64,000 nucleotides of DNA from Amoebidium appalachense (taxonomy: Eukaryota > Protista > Ichthyosporea). How positions within the stretch are numbered: the stretch's first letter is position 1; each line of letters begins with the position of its first letter. The position numbers were made by a program, and so were the translations under genes. The notes beneath the pieces are model-generated. The model did no database searches. It was not told the DNA's origin and saw nothing but the letters and a program-made list of their open reading frames with translations. Positions 41,446 to 64,000 of this stretch are shown piece after piece. The stretch spans positions 62,001 to 126,000 of the forward strand of contig CAVNZM010000006.1 in the NCBI GenBank assembly GCA_963693365.1, read 5' to 3'.

Positions 41446-41546
41446 GGTGGCGGTTGGCTGGGGGGGGAGGGGAGAGGGGGGGGGGAGGGGGCGGGGGGAG
41501 TTTCGACACGGCCAAAGCAGCATCAAAGCCTAGGGGTATGCTTTAT

Positions 41547-48896
<7,350 letters not shown>

Positions 48897-50993
48897 GCTG
48901 CCTGCTGTGTCTACAACGTATAGATGCTATACAACCTTAGCTTTTTCCCTTTTCTCGCTCTCTCTCCCTCTCTCTTCTGTGCTAACTCAAAAAAAAAACA
49001 AAAGTGACACGTCATCATTCAGCCGCCCGCCAAATAGAGCTCACGGAAATCGATCCGGGTCAGTGACCACAGTGCGATTTGTGGCTCGAACCGATTCGTT
49101 GTGGTGTTCCTCCAGGATTACGTAACAGGGCGCAGCGAGCTCTTTTTAGTTTTTTCTTTTTTTTGCCTTTTTTCTTTTTTCTTTTTTGCCTTTATGTTGC
49201 CGCAGGCGACAGCAGCGTAGTAGGGCCCAGCCACTTACGAAATCTAGCGGGTACAAAGCCTTGTATTAGATCTCTGCAAGCTGTCTTGTCGCGTGATGTT
49301 ACGGATTTCCGCATATATGGAGCTGTACATACAGTGACGAGAGGGATCAACCGGGTCATCACGGTCCTGGTCATTGGCAATGTGCATGCCTGGGCACCTG
49401 TAGCTCGCATGCCGTTACAGACAGTGCGTGGCATGTGTAAGCTACCGTGCTAAGATAACTAGCCTTTATTTCTTGAATAACGGCATTCAATCAGACCCGC
49501 GTCAAAAGTGATAAGTCCAGAGGTTGCATAAAGCCAGAGCTACCGTAATGCTGTCATTGCATCATGATGCTCTACTTGTGTGTTCACGTGACAACATTTA
49601 CTTCGCTGGTGTCTGGCAATTGCATCGTGGGGGATGCTTCTGCGCGTACAAAGCAGCCAAGGAGCTGAGCTAGTCGCAACTTAACTGCTGGGACTCCTTG
49701 TTTGCCGCCGCGCAGCAGCCTAAGTGCAGTCCACACTGAGGCCTAGCAGGCACACATGCAGCGGGAAACGCTGCACATGCAGCGGGAAACGCTGCACTAG
49801 GTCGTGCACACAGGCGGGGAGCTGGGGCCACCCAGCGAAGGGCCGCCAGCGCAGCTGACTGGTGGCGTTCCCTGTGGTGCCAAGGCTTGCTGGCCTGTGC
49901 CTGCACATAGTGTGCAGCATACATATGTGCAGTCTGTTGCAATAGGGCAAGGCCGCCACAATCAACCGTATGCCACCATATGCATCACGTGGTGGGCCGA
50001 CGAACGCAACCATCTGTAGGAGGGCCCAAAATCTACCCTACGTGTGTGCATCACTTGATAAATGGTTCTAACAAGTCCTAATTGCGCCGCTGGCCGAGAC
50101 ATAACATGCAAACCAGCCTGGCGAGTTGGAAGCACTTGACCGTGGCTAGAACAGTATGGCCATGGTGCAAGGATTTTGATTAAGCACGATCCTAAATTGA
50201 ACGACGCGGGCGGGCAGGCGAGCGGCGGCGGCGGCGGCCCCCCTGGGGTGGGGGTGGGGGGGGGGGGAGGGGGGGGGGGGGGGGGGGGACTATCTTACCC
50301 AGCCACCAGGGCACGGCGTGCGCTCCGTTTATGTACATACCCCACAACATAAATTGTGGGTGTGGTTGTGGGTTTGTATGACGTGTGTGCGCGCAAGCAC
50401 ACGCACACGCACACAAACACGTATACGCACGCACAAACGTGTGTGTGCGTGCGTTTACAGGTTTGTGTGTGAACACGTTTGTGCGTGCGTATACGTGTTT
50501 GTGTGCGTGTGTGTGTGTGTGCACGTGTGTGTTCACATATTGGGTGTTGGGAGGGGGGAAATTGGAGGGGGGAGGGGAGGGGGGGAGGGGAAGGGAGGGA
50601 GAGGGGAGGGGGGGGGGGGGGGGGGGATGGAGGGGCCGTGTGTCCTTTCATCAATTTAGACATCAGGGGATCAGGCCAACACCTGCACCCTCCAAATTTA
50701 GTTATTGAAATCACTACAATTTGTTTTAGTTGTGTCCCTTGGCTGTGCCCAACCGTCCATACGCATCACTACACCTCAACCACACCCTAGCTAGGCCACA
50801 CAAACACACACTGACAGTACACACATGCAAATCAACTACCACGTGTGGCTTGCCCCCACACTCACAGCATCATTTCCATCGCCGGGCCACACTATCACCC
50901 AAGCACCCAGCCATATTCATACAAGATCAAGTGTGCATATGTTGTTTAACTAATGGTCACTATATGTGTGTGCCGCCAGCTACCCATATATAA

Positions 50994-52084
50994 TCAGGGC
51001 AGATCAACCTTCAAGTCAATATAGCTAGCAGGGAATATGCCCACCACATATGTGCGGTCGTTCTCCCCCTCGTACCACTCACTATTAACCCTCGACATGA
51101 GCAGTATCTTATCCCCCGTCTGAAACGACAACTCCTCCGCCGTCTCCCCCTCAAAGTCATACAGCGCAATTCCATATGCCCCACCCCCATACCCTTCTGC
51201 CTGTGCCGGCTGGTCGCTTGTTATCTCATCCGCCGTCTCCACATAGATGAGGGGAAAGATACCCGTGCACCCACTCAACGTGCCCCTCAGCCACTCATCC
51301 CCCACGTACCCCACCACCTCTATCACATCCCCCGCCCTGAACCCCAACTCATCGCTCGTCTCTGCATCGTAATCATACAACCCCCTGACCTTAGTTCCCA
51401 CCATCGCTGCCAGCTCACTATCCTCCGTTTCGTCTGCCTGCTGCCCACCCGTCGTATCCGTATGCGTGTCTGCAGTAGCACCAGCAGGCAGGGGCACCTT
51501 AACATCCACATATGACACAGGGAAGATGCCCACTTTGCCATCCACCGTTCTTCCTTTGAGCCACTCCGTGCCCACCCACTCCAACAACACGATGTCCTCC
51601 CCCTCAAAGAATGACAACTCGTCGGCCCCCTCCCCCTCAAACTCATACAGGGCCACACCGTGTGGCTGCTGCCTGCCTGCACCTGGCTGGCTCGTCTTCT
51701 GGGGGGTTGAGTCTGAGGGCAGGGGCACAACCACCTGCACAAAGGACGCTGGGAAGATGCCGTGCTCCCCTGACGGTAGCTCACCAGCATACCACTCGGC
51801 TGCAGGCACACAGTAAGCACAAAAAAGACATGTGCACACAAGCAACACACAGACTAAAGAGGATAAAGCTTGTTTGGAAGGGGCAAAGCCCATATTGTGC
51901 TCAGGAAAAAGGCAAAGAGGAGGGATAGGTTGCTTTGCAATGATTTTTTTTTTTTTCCTTTTTTTTGGGGGGGGGGAGGGGGGGGGGGGGCTCTCGTGTA
52001 GTCAGGTGCACATACGTGTGGTGGCATGGCTTGCTGTGGATGTCTGTCGAAGTGAGAGGATGTGCACTATATATGTGCTAGCCC

Positions 52085-52137
<53 letters not shown>

Positions 52138-53610
52138 CTGAAGTCCTGCGTGAGAGCATGACTGTGTGTGTTTGGAGCGGGGGGAGGGAGGGGGGGGGGG
52201 GGTGGGGGGGGGGGGGGGGGGGGGATATGTGGGTAAGCAGCTAGGGTGTGCACATGACTGTGAATATGTGTGTTGTGTGCACGCACGCAACGTACCGTTA
52301 ATGCGTCTGTTGAGGTACACCACCTCGTCCTTGAACAGAGACAGCTCCCCCTCTCCAGCATCCCCAGCAAAGTCCGCCACCACCGTAGCCCTTGGCCCGT
52401 CTGTGCGTGGTTTGTTGCGGGGGGGCAGGGGTGGTGGGCCACTTTGTGCCCTGTGCGGCTGGCTGGCAGCCTGCTGGCCTAATGCAGCAGCCACGGCGGC
52501 ACTGGGCTGCAGCTGGCCGATGGGCCGTGGGCTGGGCTTGGCCACTTCTGGCTGGCTGCTGGGTGGGGCCTCAAACATGGATGCTGCAGCCTTAACGCTA
52601 GTGCTGCGGCCCTCAGCCTCACCCTCTGTAACTGCTGTGGCTGCAGGCCCACTGCCTGACACACGTGGCCGGGGGGCTGGGGCCGGGCTGGCTGTGTCGC
52701 TGGCAGCAGGGGGGGGTGGTGGACCTGGGCCGGGGCTGGGGCTTGGGGGCCGGGGCCGGGGGCTGAGTGTCCTGGGCGGCCTTCTCGAACATGCTGGCAA
52801 AGGCATTGACCTTGCCGGCAGACCTGCTGCGCTCCAACGGCACCGGCTCACTGGCTGGGGTTGGGTCCAGGGCCTTGGGCACGGCCAGGTCGCTGGTGCT
52901 GCGCCCACTGGGGCTACGCTGGGGCCGGGGGGCAGGGGCAGGGGCAGAGCTTTGGTCTGCTGCAGCCTCGAACATGGCTGCCCGGGCACTGACCCCAACA
53001 CTGGGCCCAGCTGGCTCCACTACCGTCCTGGGTGCCGGGGCTGGAGGGGTGCTGGCTGCTGGGCTGCGCGGGGCTGGCTGCGTTCGGGGGGCTGGCCGCG
53101 CTGTGGAGGCGGGAGCTGTGGGGGCTGGGGCTGTGGGGCTGGGCAGGGGGGACGGTGCAGTGGTGGTGGTGGGGCTGGTGCCACCCAGCCGGGCAGGCCG
53201 GGGGGCTAAGGGGGGTGGGGCCTTGGCTGGGTTGGATGCTGGGGTGGCAGCTGGGACAGGTGTCGGGGCGGGCTGGGGGGCAGGTGCAGGGGCCGGTGCG
53301 GGTGCTGGTGTGGGTACAGGAGCGCCTGCAGGCACAGAGTCAGTGGGCTGGCAGCAAGCCACAAGAACATAAATGCAAACGGTGTTGACTACCAACGAAG
53401 TTGACTACCAACGAGGTCGCCTACAAACGAGGTTGACTACAAACGAGGTTGACTACAAACGAGGTTGTAAACAAACGAGGTTGACTACATCCCGAAGACA
53501 TGACATAACATCGGGCCCCATGTTAATTCACCTCCTTCAAACCAAGCCCCTAAACACCCATAACTCACAGACGCCTGAGGGGGGCTGCATGTGCTTCCTG
53601 TACCAGTATA

Positions 53611-53658
<48 letters not shown>

Positions 53659-55166
53659 GGCTATGCCTGTGTGGGTGCCTGTGTCCGCTCCTGGCTGTGC
53701 ATGTATGTGTGTGTAAACATGTGTGGGGGATGCGCCCCTCCCTGTCCAATGGGTAAGGTGCTTGAGACTGCACGAGCATGTGTGCCTATCTGTAGGGCCA
53801 CATGATGCAACACCACTCGTGGCGATGTGTTTGTGTTTGCCTGCATAAGTGTGCGCCCCTGCCTGCCTTTGTGTGCATACACGTGTGTATGCATGTCTCC
53901 TGCTGTGTGGGGGTGTGCATGCCCATGTGCTTGTGTGGCCCGTGTATTCGTTTAACTGTACATATACTTCGGTAGCTGCAGCCGCCTGTGTGCATCTGTG
54001 TGTGTGCCAGTGCTAGTGGTTGTGACTTTGGTTATGTGTGTGTGTGCACGTGCCTCTGGCGCCCGTGTGCACGTGCATGTGTCTGTGTCCGCACCTGCAT
54101 ATGTTCTTGTCTGTGTGTGTGTGTGTGTGTGCACGTGCATGTGTCTGTGTCCGCACCTGCATATGTTCTTGTCTGTGTGTGTGTGTGTGTGTGCACGTGC
54201 ATGTGTCTGTGTCCGCACCTGCATATGTTCTTGTCTGTGTGTGTGTGTGTGTGCACGTGCATGTGTCTATGTCCGTGCCCGCACATGCTCTTGTCTGTGT
54301 GCATGTGCGTGTGCATGTGCTTGTGTCTGTGTGCGCCCTTGCATGCTCTTATCTGTATGGCCCACCTGGCTTTGCTGCGGCCTCCTTTGCCCTTGTGGCC
54401 TGCCAGCGTGGCACGGGCTTTTTGCCATCACCAGCCAGTGCCAAAGGGGTTGGTACACCACCGGCAGGGGGACCTGGGTGGTCTGCGGCCATATATGGTC
54501 AGAGAATAGCAGCAGCACACCGGAGGGAGGGGGGGGGGTAGTGGCAATATAGATGGAGAGAGAATAGCAGCACACAGAGTGGGTCTGGCCATATATGGTC
54601 AGAGAGCAGCAGAACGCAGCAGAACGCAGCAGAACACAGGGGGGGACACGCATATATGGCCAGAGAAGAGTAACACTCACGGGGAGGGGGGGGGGGGGGG
54701 GCATATATGGTCAGATAGTCACAGTACACAGGGGTTGTGTGGCCATATATGGTCAGAGAATAGCAGCAGTACCTAGGGGCTGTGTGGCTAAGCAAAGGCT
54801 AATAATAGCACCTCACCGGGTAAGAGAGTGGGGCAGGGGGGGGAGGGGGAGGGGAGAGGGGAGGCAGGAGGGCAGCACCGACTTTCTCGATGCTTCTAGG
54901 GATGGAGGGGATGGGACTCTAACACACCTGGAGCTGTGCGCGGTGGAGGGCGGCTGGGTGGCTCACCTGCAGGCCGGCAGTGTAGTGATGCAGTGAGAAA
55001 ACAGTGAAGACCGATGTAAGAGCAGAAAAAATGGGAAACGGTCGTCTGATTGGTCTTTCATGTGCAACCAGATGCGTATGGCTGTGTGTGTCTGTGCACT
55101 AGGGCCAGAACGTGTGCTTGGGGGAAACAAAGACGCACACGCACGCACGCGCGTACACACACACGC

Positions 55167-55206
<40 letters not shown>

Positions 55207-55764
55207 AGGCGTGCGCATGCATAGTGTGTGTTTGTGCATGTGTGTGTGTTCATGTGCACAATGCTTCGTCCGTGATGAACCCATTGCCTGTGCAGTTCTG
55301 TGCATTCAAGCTTTTCAAGCACGACTAGTTCACACGGCCGCCCTCCGTGTGTTCACAATGCGTGCAAACTTCTTAGCAGCAATACCACACACCAACGCTA
55401 ACCAGGCACTGCGTGTCATGCACAATCTAAACACCCCCTTCCCCCCCCCCTCTCCCTCCCCCTCCACCCCCGGGCCACCACCACCACCACCCATACCCAT
55501 ACCCATCCTCTCCCTCCCCACCCTCCTCCCCCCCCGCCCCCCCAGGACACACACGCGCGCACGCGCACGCACACACAATCGTGCACACGCATACGTGCAC
55601 ACAACCGACGGTCCCCGTGACCACGCCACCGCCTTTCTATCCCCGAGCAAAGGCCCTGACAGGAGCTAGCACAGGAGGGCAAGGCTGTGAGAGCAAGACT
55701 TACCTGGAGCCGCGGCAGGCCGGGGAGGAGGCCTAGAAGGGAGCGGTGGGGGCCGTGCAGCCAT
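50994..55764 (-). CDS. Proline-rich adaptor with four C-terminal SH3 domains (SH3D19/Eve-1-like); one apparent 1-nt indel in a G8 run
   Basis: Exons 55764-55704, 54966-54928, 54482-54366, 53325-52296, 51799-50994, all phase 1. Four ALYDF..ELSF..EW..GIFP.SY-type units. The fourth exon is 1030 nt (one extra base) and the frame switches at 52709-52716. Confidence 0.88.
53383..53488. repeat. 16-nt minisatellite x~7
   Basis: gttgactacaaacgag tandem units in the SH3-gene intron. Confidence 0.85.
54045..54768 (-). repeat. Two arrays flanking SH3-gene exon 3: a donor-like ~62-nt repeat (54045-54300) and a branch/acceptor-like repeat (54486-54768)
   Basis: Sense catatgcagGTGCGGACACAGA x3 resembles the real donor ccag|GTGGGCCATACAGA. 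ctgaccatatatg(gcc) x4-5 precedes the real acceptor ctgaccatatatggccgcag. Confidence 0.75.
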
Positions 55765-56016
55765 ATTGGGTAGGTGGGTTCTATCCTACAAGGTAAGATG
55801 GATGTGGCCTGGTGGCAACTTCAAATGTTCGGACAACATGTAAAGGGTTGGGCATGTAACAAAAACTGCTGGCGCCTGAACATCCTGACCTGCATGTTCG
55901 CGACACAAACATTTTGCACCACAATCGAGTAAACATGATTGGCTAGATGCGCATCAGCTTACGTAAGCTGCTGCAGCTGAATGGTTTTGGACGTATCACT
56001 TCAGTGAATAGCATCC

Positions 56017-56057
<41 letters not shown>

Positions 56058-57411
56058 CACAAGTAACGCGAGCCCTTGCAGCTACAAACAGATTAGTCCT
56101 CTAGCCTGGGCGGTTTGTGCACAGTCATATGCCATGAATACGTGCCACAGGAGTACTTTGCAGTGTGTCGTATGTCTTGTGGTGGTGCCTGCAACAGCTG
56201 TAGGCCAGGCTGTTGCAAAGCCCATGACAGCTGAGAGAGGTGGGAGAGTGGACCGAAGGGCAGTACTGTGGTGGTGGTGGTGAAATGAGAGCAGGGACAT
56301 GAGGGCCGTGATCTTTACTCCATTACTGCTGTTCATAAGTTCACAATGTGAAGGCTGGGTTTGGGTGGAGGGGCCTGTCACAAAGAAAGAACATAAAGTC
56401 ACAAGTACATTATGGTAAGGTGATGCTAAGAAGGTAAATAGTAGTCATAGGATTCTATTTCTATCTCACTCACTCGTCCTGCATTTCTTCCTCTCCCCGT
56501 CCCTCTGGCACCCCTCACCTCCGGATCCCCCCCCCCCCCCCCCCTCCCCCGGCCCGTCTCCCAATACCGACAGCTACAACAACAAGCTGCGTGTCAACTC
56601 GTGAATTAAGGGGAAAGGGGAACGTTGAGGGTTCCCGCCACCCCATATTCCTCCTCTCTACCCACCCACACACCTACTACATACCCACCTGCCCATTAAA
56701 CCGCCCGTGCCCCCCCTCCCCCCCCCCCCTCCCCCCTCCCCCCTCCCCCCTCCCCTCACCACCTCCCCCAACTTACCCACCCAAAACTCCTTTCTTCTCA
56801 ACCTAACAGGCACACACCTCCCTCATGTTTCAGCCCGCAACCACCCTCTGCCGTAAAACACACTGGCCATCTGACTGTCGGCTCCTGTTCCCAAAACCGT
56901 TTTTTCCGTGGACTGTGCTGGCCATCTATTTTTGGGGGGGAGCTGCCCCGCTGACGACTGGGGCACAGCCTCACGGGACTGCCTTACGTAAGCAGGCTGC
57001 TGGCCATTGGCTCCTGGCGCACAGTTACGTAATCGGTGGCTCATGAGCCTGGCGCCGGCGGCCACCAATGGAAAAAAATAGATGAACAACTCGACTTTGT
57101 AGACTGCAACTTTGTCAAAGTTTGGGTTTTTTTGTTTTTTAACCAGACAGTACATACTGCTATTCAAGAGCATAAATTGAGCACACGCTCGTATAAGTAC
57201 ATACAGCCCCCAGCTATCGCGAGAATAGCACTATGGTGTGTCGGTGCATCTGCTCTTTCCCTGTGTGCCCACCCCGCATCTGATGTACCCGCGACCCTGT
57301 GCGATCATATATATGGAGCCGTGTGCCGTACCCACACTCGAAGACTGGGCCTGACATCTGCCCATTGCAACCTGCATCTGGCCCATCTTGCTGACCCCAA
57401 ACTCCGTCAAC

Positions 57412-63869
<6,458 letters not shown>

Positions 63870-64000
63870 GTAGGTGGGGGCGGGGGGAGGGGGAGGGGGA
63901 GATGGTGGGGGGGGGGGGGGGGGGGGGGGGGAGAATGGGGGATGAAGGGGGGGGGGGGGGGGGAGGGTCGGGTGGGTGGCTCGTGGGCAAGTAGGTGTAG

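Noticed and set aside
52709-52716. Programmed frameshift or pseudogenisation of the SH3 gene
   Set aside because: A single-base excess inside a G8 run is most simply a homopolymer sequencing error, and the rest of the gene is intact.

Overview
Eukaryotic, intron-rich, GC-rich genomic DNA saturated with (CA)n/(TG)n and poly-G/C tracts. Almost all short ORFs in the track are microsatellite noise. Manual splicing (GT-AG, phases checked) recovers six recognisable genes: plant/archaeal-type DNA topoisomerase VI subunit B (-, runs off the left edge), ALKBH8 without a methyltransferase domain (+), a divergent alpha-SNAP (-), proteasome alpha4/PSMA7 (-), a Pro-rich four-SH3 SH3D19-like adaptor (-) and a DENND2-like Rab GEF (+, runs off the right edge). 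There is also one uncertain multi-pass membrane protein gene. This gene mix suggests a unicellular holozoan (inference). Mobile DNA: an intact ~670-codon Penelope-like RT ORF inside an alpha-SNAP intron, and a LINE-derived family whose 3' tail recurs between poly-C/G runs. The most striking pattern is that many intronic tandem repeats are copies of the gene's own splice junction (acceptor plus exon start, or exon end plus donor) or synonymously recoded echoes of the next exon's first codons. This is seen in five of the six genes.
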